A DNA stretch of 59,220 nucleotides, filler included. It is 5 parts of 5 records of this genome, joined end to end, with 100 filler letters (N's around TTAATTAATTAA, not from the genome) between each part and the next. Parts side by side here need not be neighbours in the genome. Positions count along the whole stretch, not along the records: positions 1 to 8,932 come from DRR723986_4108; positions 9,033 to 16,890 come from DRR723986_4109; 3 more parts are not named here. One strand, 5' to 3'. This document shows, one piece after another, positions 1 through 11,535 of this stretch (the stretch's first letter is position 1; each line of letters opens with the position of its first letter). A program made the translations under genes and the position numbers. The notes under the pieces are model-generated. The model saw only the letters and a program-made list of their open reading frames with translations, was not told the DNA's origin and did no database searches.

Positions 1-99
1 CTGCGCATCTGGTGCGGCGGCACGGTGGAACCCTCCGACGTTGCGAAACTGACGCCGTGGCTCGACTGGGCCTTCGCGGAAGAAGTCGCCTCACTCTAG
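1..99 (+). CDS. serC: Phosphoserine aminotransferase, 3' end only
   Basis: Frame 1 reads LRIWCGGTVEPSDVAKLTPWLDWAF...*, the typical alphaproteobacterial SerC C-terminus; directly upstream of serA. Confidence 0.85.
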   Translation: MRIWCGGTVEPSDVAKLTPWLDWAFAEEVASL

Positions 100-192
100 C
101 ACCTGAAATCTGAATTGCGCCTTCACGAGCAAGGCGAAGGCAGAGCGGCGCGGGCGACATGCCCGCAACAGCCGCGAGCAAAGGAAAAGACA

Positions 193-1788
193 ATGCCTAA
201 AGTCCTTATCGGAGACAAACTCTCCCCCGCCGCCGTGGAAATCTTCCACGCCCGCGGCATCGAAACGGTCACCAAGACCGGTCTGAACACGGAAGACCTG
301 ATTGCGGAGATTCCGGAATATGACGGCCTCGTTGTCCGCTCGGCCTGCAAGCCGAATGCCGACGTCATCGCCGCCGCGACCAACCTTAAAGTCATCGGCC
401 GGGCCGGTATCGGCGTCGACAATATCGACATCAAGGCTGCGACAGCCAATGGCGTTGTGGTCATGAACACGCCCTTCGGCAACGCCATCACGACGGCTGA
501 GCATGCCATCGCAATGATGTTCGCCGCGGCCCGCCAGATCCCGGCCGCGAACGCCGAGACGCAGGCCGGCAAATGGCCGAAGTCCGCTTACATGGGGACC
601 GAAGTGTCGTTCAAGACGCTTGGCCTGATCGGAGCAGGGAACATCGGGTCCCGCGTTGCAGAGCGCGCCATCGGCCTGAAGATGCGTGTCGTGGCCTATG
701 ACCCGTTCCTGACGGAAGAGCGCGCGCTGGAACTTGGCGTGGAGAAAGTGGAACTGGACGAATTGCTGAAGCGCGCAGACGTCATCACGCTACACGTTCC
801 GCTCACGGACCAGACCCGCAACATCCTGAGCCGCGAAAACCTTGAGAAAACCAAGAAAGGCCTGATCCTCGTGAACTGCGCCCGCGGCGGCCTTGTGGAC
901 GAGGAAGCCGTGGCTGACCTGCTGGAAAGCGGTCATCTTGCCGGGGCCGCCTTCGACGTGTTCGCCGTTGAGCCGGCGAAGGAGAACGTGCTTTTCGGCA
1001 AGAAGAATTTCATCGCCACGCCGCACCTCGGCGCGGCGACGGCTGAGGCACAGGAAAACGTTGCCCTTCAGGTGGCCGAACAGATGTCGGACTATCTGCT
1101 GTCCGGCGCCGTCACCAATGCGCTCAACATGCCCTCGATCACGGCGGAAGAAGCCCCGCGCATCAAACCCTTTGCCACGTTGGCGGAAAAGCTTGGCTCG
1201 TTCGCCGGCCAGATCTCCGACTTTGGCTACGAAGAGGTCGTCATCGAGTATGAAGGTGAGGTCGCAGACCTGAACCGCAAGCCGATGACGGCAGCGCTGC
1301 TGGCCGGTCTGCTGCGCGCGTCGCGCGGGGACGTGAACATGGTCTCGGCGCCTGCCATTCTGGCCGACAGCGGCGTGAAGCTCACCGAGACCAAGACCGA
1401 AGACAGCCCGGTCTATGACAGCCTCATCCGCGTCAAGGTGAAGACCAAGGCGACGAAGAACGCCCCGGAAGGCGGCTGGCGCACGCTGGCCGGCACGCTG
1501 ATCGCTGGCAAGCCGCGCATTGTCGAGGTGAAGGGCATGGCGCTGGAAGGCGATTTCGCCCCGGTCATGCTCTACGTGAACAACCTCGACCAACCGGGCT
1601 TCATCGGCGCGCTCGGCCAGATGCTGGGCGAGGAGCAGATCAACATCGCAACCTTCCACCTCGGCCGGACGACGGCAGGGGACGAGGCAATTGCCCTGAT
1701 CGGGATCGATTCGACGCCGAGCGGCGGCCTGGTCGAGAAGCTGAACGGCCTGCCGCAGGTCCGCTATGCCAAAGTGCTGACGTTCTGA
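193..1788 (+). CDS. serA: D-3-phosphoglycerate dehydrogenase
   Basis: MPKVLI start after AAGGA RBS; motifs GRAGIGVDNID, GxGxxG (GAGNIG), NCARGG, TPHLGA; C-terminal ASB/ACT region. Confidence 0.97.
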   Translation: MPKVLIGDKLSPAAVEIFHARGIETVTKTGLNTEDLIAEIPEYDGLVVRSACKPNADVIAAATNLKVIGRAGIGVDNIDIKAATANGVVVMNTPFGNAITTAEHAIAMMFAAARQIPAANAETQAGKWPKSAYMGTEVSFKTLGLIGAGNIGSRVAERAIGLKMRVVAYDPFLTEERALELGVEKVELDELLKRADVITLHVPLTDQTRNILSRENLEKTKKGLILVNCARGGLVDEEAVADLLESGHLAGAAFDVFAVEPAKENVLFGKKNFIATPHLGAATAEAQENVALQVAEQMSDYLLSGAVTNALNMPSITAEEAPRIKPFATLAEKLGSFAGQISDFGYEEVVIEYEGEVADLNRKPMTAALLAGLLRASRGDVNMVSAPAILADSGVKLTETKTEDSPVYDSLIRVKVKTKATKNAPEGGWRTLAGTLIAGKPRIVEVKGMALEGDFAPVMLYVNNLDQPGFIGALGQMLGEEQINIATFHLGRTTAGDEAIALIGIDSTPSGGLVEKLNGLPQVRYAKVLTF

Positions 1789-1826
1789 CCTGTTTCGGGC
1801 AACAAGCCTGATTCGATACCTTGAGG

Positions 1827-1854
1827 ACGGGCGGTCCGCCAGGCCGCCCGTTTT
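1827..1854 (+). terminator. Rho-independent terminator after serA
   Basis: ACGGGCGGTC-cgcca-GGCCGCCCGT followed by TTT. Confidence 0.6.
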
Positions 1855-1982
1855 CCATTCCGGGTGGAGGCGTTCTGACCCTCCGGTTGCCTGTCCCCGC
1901 AAATTGACGTGAACGGTCGGTTTCACGCTTGACGGGCGAGTCCGGAAATTCTTACTCGCCCGTAATGTTACAGGGAGTTTCC

Positions 1983-2561
1983 ATGCGCCGTTACCTTCTT
2001 GCCAGCGTTGCCGCTGCTGCCTCATTCGCCGGTTCCGCCTCTGCAGATCTCGTCAGCGAGATCCGCCTCGGCGTCATGCAGGAGAATGTCTGCGTCCTCG
2101 ATTGCGACAATGCCAACAAGGAGCCCGGCCAGAACATCAATGGCGATATCCTCTTCAAATCCCCGGATTTTCTGAGCTTCATCTGGAGCCCGAAGCCCTA
2201 TGTCATGGGCAGCGGCAACCTGCAGGGCGAAACCAGTTTCGGCGGTGTCGGGCTGCACTGGTCGTTCCCGATCGCGAAAACCTGGCAGTTCGAACCGAGC
2301 TTCGGCTACGTCATCCATGACGGAGAACTGGCGAGCCCGTATCCGGATGGCGACCCGCGCAGCCTGGCATTTACGGAAGAGCACGTGCTGCTCGGGTCTC
2401 GCGACCTGTTCCGCACGACATTCGGCCTCCATCACGACATCAACGAAACCTGGGGCGTGGAGGTGATGTACGAACACCTCAGCCACGGTCAGGTGCTTGG
2501 CAATGGCCGTAATCAGGGGCTCGACAATGTCGGCATACGCCTCAGCTACAGTTTCGAATAG
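1983..2561 (+). CDS. Acyloxyacyl hydrolase / PagL-like lipid A deacylase beta-barrel protein
   Basis: Signal peptide MRRYLLASVAAAASFAGSASA; C-terminal YEHLSH...NQGLDNVGIRLSYSF with PagL-type HxS and NxG motifs; GGGAG RBS. Confidence 0.75.
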   Translation: MRRYLLASVAAAASFAGSASADLVSEIRLGVMQENVCVLDCDNANKEPGQNINGDILFKSPDFLSFIWSPKPYVMGSGNLQGETSFGGVGLHWSFPIAKTWQFEPSFGYVIHDGELASPYPDGDPRSLAFTEEHVLLGSRDLFRTTFGLHHDINETWGVEVMYEHLSHGQVLGNGRNQGLDNVGIRLSYSFE

Positions 2562-2635
2562 CGCGCGGCCAAAGGCCACTTGCTTTTCTGCGCTGAATCC
2601 TGCCCTTGTCGCCGCGGACTGAACAGGAGCAGCAC

Positions 2636-3928
2636 ATGGCTGGAGTCGTAGTCGTAGGCGCCCAGTGGGGCGACGAGGGCAAAGGCAAGATCGTCGACTG
2701 GCTTTCCAGCCGGGCAGATGTGGTTGTCCGTTTTCAGGGCGGGCACAATGCCGGCCATACGCTGGTGATCGACGGCAAGGTGTTCAAGCTGGCGCTGCTG
2801 CCTTCCGGCCTCGTTCGCGGCGGCAAGCTCTCTGTGATCGGCAATGGCGTCGTGGTCGACCCTTGGCACATGCTGACCGAGATCGAAGGCATCCAGGGGC
2901 AGGGGGTCGAGGTTTCGCCGGAGACCCTGATCCTCGCTGACAATGCTGCGCTGATCCTGCCCTGGCACAAGGATATCGATGCGGCCCGCGAAGGCGCGCT
3001 GGGTGCTGCTCAGATCGGCACGACCAAGCGCGGCATCGGCCCGGCCTATGAAGACCGTGTCGGCCGCCGGGCCATTCGTGTGGCAGACCTTGCCGACCCG
3101 GCCGCGCTCGACATGAAGATTGAACGCCTGCTGGCCCATCACCGGCCGTTGCGCGCAGGGCTCGACCTGCCGGAACCGGACGGAGTGAAGCTGAAGGCGG
3201 ACCTGCTGGAAATCGCCCCGAAGATCCTGGCCTACGCCCAGCCGGTCTGGAAGCTGCTGGACGAGCAGGTGAAGGCCGGCAAGCGCATCCTGTTCGAAGG
3301 CGCCCAAGGCGTGATGCTGGACGTCGATCACGGCACTTATCCATTCGTGACTTCCTCCAATGTCGTCGCAGGGAATGCGTCGGCAGGATCGGGTGTCGGG
3401 CCGGGCGCGATCTCTTATGTGCTGGGCCTCGCCAAGGCCTACACGACGCGGGTCGGCGCTGGTCCGTTCCCGACAGAGCAGGACAATGAAATCGGCGAAC
3501 GTCTTGGGACGGTGGGCCGCGAGTTCGGCACGAATACCGGCCGGGCGCGGCGCTGCGGCTGGTTCGACAGCGTGATGGTGCGCCAGGCGTGTGCGACCTC
3601 GGGCGTCAATGGGCTGGCGCTGACCAAGCTCGACGTTCTGGACGGCTTTGACGAGATCAGGATCTGCACAGCTTACCGCCTGAACGGACGAGAGATTGAC
3701 TATTTCCCTGCCGGCTTGACCGATCAGGCCGCGGTAGAGCCGGTCTACGAAACCATGCCGGGCTGGAAAGGTTCGACGGCAGGGGCGCGCTCCTGGGCGG
3801 ACCTTCCGGCTGAAGCGGTGAAATATGTCCGCCGCCTCGAAGAGCTCGTCGGCAAGCCCTGTGCGCTGGTCTCCACCAGTCCGGAACGCGAGGACGTCAT
3901 CCTCATGCGCGACCCGTTCGAGGGCTAG
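2636..3928 (+). CDS. purA: Adenylosuccinate synthetase
   Basis: [45 protein letters not shown] motifs. Confidence 0.98.
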   Translation: MAGVVVVGAQWGDEGKGKIVDWLSSRADVVVRFQGGHNAGHTLVIDGKVFKLALLPSGLVRGGKLSVIGNGVVVDPWHMLTEIEGIQGQGVEVSPETLILADNAALILPWHKDIDAAREGALGAAQIGTTKRGIGPAYEDRVGRRAIRVADLADPAALDMKIERLLAHHRPLRAGLDLPEPDGVKLKADLLEIAPKILAYAQPVWKLLDEQVKAGKRILFEGAQGVMLDVDHGTYPFVTSSNVVAGNASAGSGVGPGAISYVLGLAKAYTTRVGAGPFPTEQDNEIGERLGTVGREFGTNTGRARRCGWFDSVMVRQACATSGVNGLALTKLDVLDGFDEIRICTAYRLNGREIDYFPAGLTDQAAVEPVYETMPGWKGSTAGARSWADLPAEAVKYVRRLEELVGKPCALVSTSPEREDVILMRDPFEG

Positions 3929-4287
3929 GCCGGGCCGTAGGCCGCGATCGACAGGCTCACTTCACCGTCGTCATTGAAGATGAAGGTCTCCGCGACCTTC
4001 TCTTCACGATGGTTCGTGTAGAGAATGGTCACAGCGTCCGAACCGACCAGAACATTGTCGATCGCAAAGAAAAGAGACCGGGCCCTTGAGAGGGCCTCGG
4101 TCCAGTAAGCTTGAAGCGCTTTCTTTCCGCGGACTGCGGCAGAGTCATTCCCCATGACCAGCGCGATGCGCGGGCTGTGGAAGATGACGTCGTCGGCATA
4201 GTGCGACAGGATACGGTCGATATCCCGGTCGTTCCATGCCGACAGCCAGTCATTGGCAAATTCTTCCGCGAAAGCGCGGCTCAGCAT
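3925..4287 (-). CDS. SnoaL/NTF2-like family protein
   Basis: [30 protein letters not shown] pattern; directly downstream of ccr. Confidence 0.8.
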   Translation of the reverse strand: MLSRAFAEEFANDWLSAWNDRDIDRILSHYADDVIFHSPRIALVMGNDSAAVRGKKALQAYWTEALSRARSLFFAIDNVLVGSDAVTILYTNHREEKVAETFIFNDDGEVSLSIAAYGPA

Positions 4288-4289
4288 GA

Positions 4290-5549
4290 TCAGCTGGCCT
4301 GGCCGTTCACGGCAAGGACGTCTTCCACCGTGCGCAGGCCCGGCTTCGGCGAAGTCACCAGCACAGCCATGTTGCCTGGCAGGTGCTTGTTATCCAGCAT
4401 CTTCTCATGCGCGGCCGGAATGTCAGCCCACGGGAAGACTTCGGACATGCCCGGGTCGATCCGGCGATCGATCACGAGCTGGTTTGCCGCCGATGCCTGC
4501 TTGAGGTTCGCGAAGTGGCTACCCTGAACGCGTTTCTGGCGCATCCAGAGGAATCGGGCATCCATGGTCAGGTTAAAGCCGGTCGTCCCGGCACAGATCA
4601 CCACCATTCCGCCGCGCTTCACCACGAAGACGGAAACAGGGAACGTCGATTCGCCGGGATGTTCGAAAACCATATCGACATCTTTCTTGCCGGTGATGTC
4701 CCAGATCGCCTTCCCGAACTTGCGGCTCTCTTTCATGTAGTCGCCGAATTCCGGACCGTTCACGGTCGGCAGCTGGCCCCAGCAATTGAAGTCCTTGCGG
4801 TTCAACACGCCCTTGGCGCCAAGGCTGAGAACGTAGTCGCGCTTGTCTTCCGATGAAACGACACCGATGGCATGCGCGCCGGTAACGGCACAAAGCTGCA
4901 CGGCGAAGCTGCCGAGGCCACCGGAAGCGCCCCAGACCAGCACATTGTCAGCCGGCTTCAGGATGTGAGGCCGGTGGCCGAACAGCATGCGGTAGGCGGT
5001 CGCAAGCGTCAGCGTATAACAGGCGCTTTCTTCCCAGGTCAGGTGTTTCGGCCGCGGCATGCACTGGCGGGCCTGAACGCGGCAGAACTGTGCGAAGGAG
5101 CCGTCCGGCGTCTCGTAACCCCAGATCCGCTGGGAAGGCGAGAACATCGGGTCGCCGCCATTGCATTCCTCGTCGTCGCCATCGTCCTGGTTACAATGGA
5201 TAACCACTTCATCGCCCGGCTTCACACGGGTCACCTTGCGGCCGACCGCCCAGACGATGCCCGCGGCGTCAGACCCGGCAATGTGGAAGTCCTGCTTGTG
5301 GACGTCGAAGGGCGAAATCGGTTCGCCGAGCGCCGCCCAGATGCCGTTATAATTCACACCGGCAGCCATCACGAGGACGAGCACTTCGTCGGAATCGATC
5401 TCAGGTACAGGTACCTGCTCCAGCTGCATGGCGGTGGCCGGACGGCCATGACGTTCCCGGCGGATCGCCCAGGCATGCATCATTTTCGGAACGTGGAACT
5501 CGGGCGGAATTTCGCCCAACTCATAAATGTCTTTGACTTCCCGGCTCAT
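4290..5549 (-). CDS. ccrA: Crotonyl-CoA carboxylase/reductase
   Basis: AAGVNYNGIWA, RIWGYETPDGSFAQF, WGASGGLG, FEHPG, QGSHFAN motifs; AGGAG RBS. Confidence 0.96.
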   Translation of the reverse strand: MSREVKDIYELGEIPPEFHVPKMMHAWAIRRERHGRPATAMQLEQVPVPEIDSDEVLVLVMAAGVNYNGIWAALGEPISPFDVHKQDFHIAGSDAAGIVWAVGRKVTRVKPGDEVVIHCNQDDGDDEECNGGDPMFSPSQRIWGYETPDGSFAQFCRVQARQCMPRPKHLTWEESACYTLTLATAYRMLFGHRPHILKPADNVLVWGASGGLGSFAVQLCAVTGAHAIGVVSSEDKRDYVLSLGAKGVLNRKDFNCWGQLPTVNGPEFGDYMKESRKFGKAIWDITGKKDVDMVFEHPGESTFPVSVFVVKRGGMVVICAGTTGFNLTMDARFLWMRQKRVQGSHFANLKQASAANQLVIDRRIDPGMSEVFPWADIPAAHEKMLDNKHLPGNMAVLVTSPKPGLRTVEDVLAVNGQAS

Positions 5550-5671
5550 GGCGGAATGCCCTCCTCCTTTGTACTTTCTGCAAAAAACCCGGTGGTGCGA
5601 TCTTGGTGCAGCTTCACAAGGCCCTCGGCGCGCGCCACCTTGGCGTCATGGATGCCCCGATGCAAGTTGTT

Positions 5672-5687
5672 TTGTTGCGGTGCACAA
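5672..5687. promoter_or_regulatory. PhaR-like operator (TGC-N3-GCA) upstream of ccr
   Basis: TTGTTGCGGTGCACAA imperfect palindrome in the divergent intergenic region. Confidence 0.5.
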
Positions 5688-5713
5688 TATCAAGCGTCAG
5701 GAGCGTGACAAAA

Positions 5714-6598
5714 ATGACAATCGGCCGGACTGTCTATCTCAACGGAAAATTCTGTCCTGTTGAGGACGCAACGATTTCCCCGTTCGACCGGGGGTTTCTG
5801 TTCGCACACGCCGCGTATGAGGTGACGTCGGTATATGATGGCTGTTTCATCGACCTTGAGGGGCATCTTTCTCGTCTCCGGCGGACTCTGGAGGGCATAT
5901 CCATCCCCAATCCCTTTAGTGATGAGAAATGGGCCGGAATTCACTCAGACCTCGTCGACAAGAATGGGATGGAGGAGGGGACGGTCTATCTTGAGGTGAC
6001 AGCCGGGGACTATGGCCTGCGCGATTTCGCCGGGCCGGAGACGTTCACGCCAACTGTATTTCTTTACGCAGATGCCCGTCCGCTGATCGGCGATCTGGCC
6101 CGGGACGGCATCAGGGCGATCACGCTCGGCGATACGCGCTGGAAGCGCCGCGATATGAAAACGGTGCAGCTCCTCTCCCAGGCGCTGGCCTACCGCGCGG
6201 CCCGGGAGGAGGGTGCGGAAACGGCTTTCATGGTTGAAGACGGTCTGGTCACCGAGGCGGCCTCGGCGAATGCCTGGATCGTCGATACGGAAGGGCAGCT
6301 GATCACGCGCGAGCTTTCCCATTCGATCCTGCCGGGGATTACCCGGGCGGGGGTTGTCTCCCTGCTCGAAGGCGAAGGGTTGAAGATCATGGAGCGCGCT
6401 TTCACGCCGGAAGAGGCCGCCGCGGCGAAGGAAGTGTTCACAACGTCCTCCGGCGCGATCGTTGCGCCGGTTATCTCGCTTGACGGCAAGCCGGTTGGTG
6501 ATGGGAAGCCTGGCCCGGTTACCCGGCGGATCCAGCGCCTTTATTTTGAAGCGATGGGCGCCGATATCGCCGCTGTGGCGCCATGGACGCTGGGCTGA
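5714..6598 (+). CDS. Class IV PLP aminotransferase (D-amino-acid transaminase-like)
   Basis: VYLNG...ISPFDRGFLFA..AYEV, RWKRRDMKT (PLP lysine), ILPGITR, EVFTTSS. Confidence 0.9.
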   Translation: MTIGRTVYLNGKFCPVEDATISPFDRGFLFAHAAYEVTSVYDGCFIDLEGHLSRLRRTLEGISIPNPFSDEKWAGIHSDLVDKNGMEEGTVYLEVTAGDYGLRDFAGPETFTPTVFLYADARPLIGDLARDGIRAITLGDTRWKRRDMKTVQLLSQALAYRAAREEGAETAFMVEDGLVTEAASANAWIVDTEGQLITRELSHSILPGITRAGVVSLLEGEGLKIMERAFTPEEAAAAKEVFTTSSGAIVAPVISLDGKPVGDGKPGPVTRRIQRLYFEAMGADIAAVAPWTLG

Positions 6599-6619
6599 AC
6601 CAGACCGTTCGCGCCGGGC

Positions 6620-7165
6620 TTAACGTTCGTCCGGCGAGGTAAATTCGCCTTCGATGATATCTTCTGGGCCGTCGCCGGGGCGGTCTCCGGAGTGGAACGA
6701 GGCGTTCAGCTGCGTGGAAATGATGTTCGCCTGCCCTGCGGCGAGCCGCGCGCTGGCAAGATTCATCAGGTAAACCGCGCCGGTCGTACCCCCTGCGATC
6801 AGCAGGTCCGGCCAGCCGAATCCGCGGGCGAGCGAAGTGTCCCGGAAAAGCGCCAGGATGCCGAGCGTAATGATGAAGATGCCCAGCAACAGGCCGGTAC
6901 GTGCTGCGAACCCGGGCCAGAAGGCGCCGGGATCCGGCATTCTTGTTTCGCCGGCCGCGCGCAGGAAACGGATTCGCTCGATCCAGGAAACCAGCATCAT
7001 TCCACCGGCCAGAAGGAGCAGCACAAGGAAGCTTCTCTGCATGACGGCGGCGAGGGCGGCCGCGGCAGGAAATGCAACCAGTGCGGCGAGGCGAAGGCGC
7101 AGCGCCAGCTGCAGGGAGCCGGCCGACAATCCTTCTGTCGGCCCGCCGGATGAAACGTGTATCAT
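6620..7165 (-). CDS. Hypothetical membrane protein (about 4 TM); start uncertain, ORF open to 7210
   Basis: Several hydrophobic segments; acidic DIIEGEF tail; fills the gap between flanking genes. Confidence 0.65.
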   Translation of the reverse strand: MIHVSSGGPTEGLSAGSLQLALRLRLAALVAFPAAAALAAVMQRSFLVLLLLAGGMMLVSWIERIRFLRAAGETRMPDPGAFWPGFAARTGLLLGIFIITLGILALFRDTSLARGFGWPDLLIAGGTTGAVYLMNLASARLAAGQANIISTQLNASFHSGDRPGDGPEDIIEGEFTSPDER

Positions 7166-7242
7166 AAGATATATGTGGCCCTGCCCGCCTGCGGCCGCAA
7201 GACGCTCCATCCGGTGTCTTGTCAGTCCGGTTTCCGGAGGGC

Positions 7243-7259
7243 ATGTTGCGCCGCAACAT
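7243..7259. promoter_or_regulatory. PhaR-like operator upstream of meaA/ecm
   Basis: Perfect palindrome ATGTTGCG-C-CGCAACAT (core TGC-N3-GCA) 30 bp before the start codon. Confidence 0.6.
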
Positions 7260-7288
7260 AAAATCCTGCGTTGGGAGGCGCATGCCCC

Positions 7289-8932
<1,644 letters not shown>

Positions 8933-9032
8933 NNNNNNNNNNNNNNNNNNNNNNNNNNNNNNNNNNNNNNNNNNNNTTAATTAATTAANNNNNNNNNNNN
9001 NNNNNNNNNNNNNNNNNNNNNNNNNNNNNNNN
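8933..9032. other. Artificial contig linker
   Basis: N44-TTAATTAATTAA-N44. Confidence 0.99.
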
Positions 9033-9142
9033 TCCTCGGTCCGGGCCGAGATGTTGCCGGTGGAGCCATGCGTCAGCCCACGGTCGAAGAGAGACTTCGC
9101 AAGCGTGCAGAGCTGTTCGCGCAGCCGGGCCTCTGCGCTCAT
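9033..9142 (-). CDS. otnC: 3-oxo-tetronate 4-phosphate decarboxylase (class II aldolase), 5' part only
   Basis: MSAEARLREQLCTLAKSLFDRGLTHGSTGNISAR; ATGA overlap with the otnK stop. Confidence 0.8.
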
Positions 9143-10398
9143 GCCAGTTTCCCCAGCGCGTCGGCAAAGAAGGTCTCGGCGCCGAAGTTGCCGGACTTCA
9201 GCGTGATGGCGATGCGGTGGCCGCCGCTGTCGCAGGTGCACCACGGCACGCCCGGCGCGATCTCGGCGCCGATGTCGAGCCGGTCGATGCCCAGCGCCTG
9301 AGCGACGGCGCCCGAGGTCTCTCCGCCGGCGACGACGATGCGCCGGGCGCCCCGGTCGCGGGCCGCGACGGCCAGCTTGGCCAGCGCGCGTTCGACCACG
9401 GCGCCCGCCTCTTCGCGGCCCAGCGCGGCCTGCGCGGCGCGCACCTGATCGGGCTCCGCGGTGGCATAGACCAAGGGCGCCGCGTCCAGATCCTGCGCGG
9501 CGAGCCAGTCCAGCGCCTTTTGCGGGCCTTCCTCGTCCAGCTTGACCGGGTCGAGCCGGTAGGCGGCCGCGCCGGTCGCCTTGTAAGCCTCGACCTGCGT
9601 GCGGGTCATGGCGGAACAGCTGCCGGAGAGGACCACCGCGCCGGTGCCGATCTGCTCGGGCGCGCGGGCGGTCACGGCGCTCAGCGCGCCGTCCTGCATC
9701 CAGAGCTTCGGCAGGGGCATGGCGACCGCACTGCCGCCGGTCATCAGCGGCATGTCCCGGCAGGCCTCGGCGATGGTGTAGAGGTCTTCGTTCGCCACCG
9801 CGTCGATGACCACATGGGCCACGCCCTCATCGGCCAGCCGTTCCAGTTCCGCCCGGAGCGCCTTGGCGCCCTGCGCCACTGTCAGCCGGTCGGCCAGACC
9901 CACGGGCCGCGTCACCTGCGGCTCCAGCAGGCGCATCAGGTTGGAATCGGTCATCGGCGTCAGCGGGTGGTCCTTCATCGGGCTTTCCGCCAAGGGCTGC
10001 CGCCCGACGAAGAGGGTGCCCATGAAAATCGACCGGCCGTTTTCCGGGAAGGCGGGGCAGTAGATCGTCCGATCGGTGCCAAGATCCGCCATCAGCGCCT
10101 CGGCCACCGGGCCGATGTTGCCTTGGGGCGTCGAATCGAAGGTCGAGCAATACTTCCAGAAGAACCGCTGCGCGCCGGCCTTCTGCAACCACGCGAGTGC
10201 GGCGCGGCAGTCGGCCACGGCCTTCTCCACCGGCTCCGTCCGGCATTTCAGCGCGATGACCTCGAAGGGGGCGGTGTCGGCGGGCGGCGCATCGGGCACC
10301 CCCAGCCGCAGGGACACCGGCACGCCGGAGCGCGCCAGAAGCCCGGCAAGGTCGGTGGCGCCGGTGAAGTCGTCGGCGATGGCTCCGAGCAGGGTCAT
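9139..10398 (-). CDS. otnK: 3-oxo-tetronate kinase (four-carbon acid sugar kinase)
   Basis: MTLLGAIADDFTGATD, KYCSTFDST..GNIG, GSCS, VAGGETSG, LKSGNFG; ATGA overlap with ltnD. Confidence 0.93.
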   Translation of the reverse strand: MTLLGAIADDFTGATDLAGLLARSGVPVSLRLGVPDAPPADTAPFEVIALKCRTEPVEKAVADCRAALAWLQKAGAQRFFWKYCSTFDSTPQGNIGPVAEALMADLGTDRTIYCPAFPENGRSIFMGTLFVGRQPLAESPMKDHPLTPMTDSNLMRLLEPQVTRPVGLADRLTVAQGAKALRAELERLADEGVAHVVIDAVANEDLYTIAEACRDMPLMTGGSAVAMPLPKLWMQDGALSAVTARAPEQIGTGAVVLSGSCSAMTRTQVEAYKATGAAAYRLDPVKLDEEGPQKALDWLAAQDLDAAPLVYATAEPDQVRAAQAALGREEAGAVVERALAKLAVAARDRGARRIVVAGGETSGAVAQALGIDRLDIGAEIAPGVPWCTCDSGGHRIAITLKSGNFGAETFFADALGKLA

Positions 10399-11297
10399 GC
10401 GTCGCCTCCCGGCAGGGTCAGACCCGCGTGGGCGGCGTAGAGCTTGGCGATGGCCGCGTCGTCCTCGCGGCCCATGCCCATGCCGCTGGCCGCGATCCAT
10501 TGCTGCAGCGCCGCCGCTGTCAGGGGGGCGCTGAACTTGGCGCTGCGGGCGATGTCGGAGACGATGCCGAGATCCTTGAGCCAGATGTCCACGGCGGAAA
10601 GCGGCGTGTAATCGCCCGAGACCACATGCGGCGCGCGGTTCTCCAGCACCCAGCTTGTGCCGGCGCATTCGGGGATGACCTCGACGAATTGCTCGGGGGT
10701 GACGCCCTGCGTCATGCCGAAGGTCATGGCCTCGCCCATGGCGGCCAGATGCACGCCGACCAGAAGCTGGTTGATCGCCTTCATGGCAGAGCCCGGCCCG
10801 GCCTCGTCGCCCAGTTCGAAGACCTTGGCGGCCATGGCGTCCAGCACGGGGCGGGCCTTGGCGAAGGCCTCGGGCGCGCCGGAGGCCATGACGGACAACT
10901 CGCCCGAGGCGGCCTTGACCTGCCCGCCCGAGATCGGCGCGTCGAGGTAGAGCACGCCCGCCTCGGCACAGCGCGCGGCCATGGCGCGCGCGAAATCCGG
11001 CGCGACGGTCGCGCAGGAGACGACGACGGCGCCCTTCTTCATCTGCGCCACCGCGCCGCCTTCGCCGAAGAGCACGCCTTCGGTCTGCGCGGCGTTCACC
11101 ACGACGGTCACGACCACATCGGCCTCGGCATAGTCGCCGGGCCCGGTCACGGGCTTGCCGCCCTCGCCCGCGAAACGGTCGACCTGGGCGGCGTTGACGT
11201 CCGCGCCCCATGTCTCGAGCCCTGCTTTCAGGCAATTCGCCGCCACCCCATAGCCCATGGAGCCGAGGCCGATCACGGCCACCTTTGTCTGTGTCAC
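10395..11297 (-). CDS. ltnD: L-threonate dehydrogenase (3-hydroxyisobutyrate dehydrogenase family)
   Basis: GLGSMG, DAPISGG, KAINQLLVGVH, SAVDIWLKDLGIV; GTG start with GGAGG RBS; operon with otnK/otnC. Confidence 0.9.
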   Translation of the reverse strand: MTQTKVAVIGLGSMGYGVAANCLKAGLETWGADVNAAQVDRFAGEGGKPVTGPGDYAEADVVVTVVVNAAQTEGVLFGEGGAVAQMKKGAVVVSCATVAPDFARAMAARCAEAGVLYLDAPISGGQVKAASGELSVMASGAPEAFAKARPVLDAMAAKVFELGDEAGPGSAMKAINQLLVGVHLAAMGEAMTFGMTQGVTPEQFVEVIPECAGTSWVLENRAPHVVSGDYTPLSAVDIWLKDLGIVSDIARSAKFSAPLTAAALQQWIAASGMGMGREDDAAIAKLYAAHAGLTLPGGDA

Positions 11298-11434
11298 GAT
11301 GTCCTCCCGGAGGGTCTGCTTGCGCTACCAGCGCCTTCGGGGCGGATCATCCCTTGCCCGGACGCAAAGCGCAAGCGGATCGGTCGGACGGCGCTTCTCC
11401 GGCGGCCTTGCGGGGGGAGGAGGCGTCGCGATTC

Positions 11435-11504
11435 GGTATTTGGACCAAGAAGAAGCCCAAGGTCGCGCTTCTTGTCCCACAGGTTTCTTCTTGGCTGAAA
11501 TACC
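11435..11504. repeat. Intergenic imperfect inverted repeat (REP-like)
   Basis: GGTATTTGGACCAAGAAGAAGC (11435-11456) pairs with GTTTCTTCTTGGCTGAAATACC (11483-11504). Confidence 0.7.
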
Positions 11505-11535
11505 GCCGCCGGAGGCGCAGGCCTGCCCCGGGCGG

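Noticed and set aside
8977..8988. TTAATTAATTAA repeated four times in the window as a biological repeat or CtrA site
   Set aside because: Always centred in N44 flanks; it is a synthetic six-frame stop linker
9139..11235. 698-aa ORF suggesting an OtnK fusion
   Set aside because: The N-terminal 279 aa is an Arg-rich off-frame reading of ltnD; OtnK starts at 10398 with an ATGA overlap
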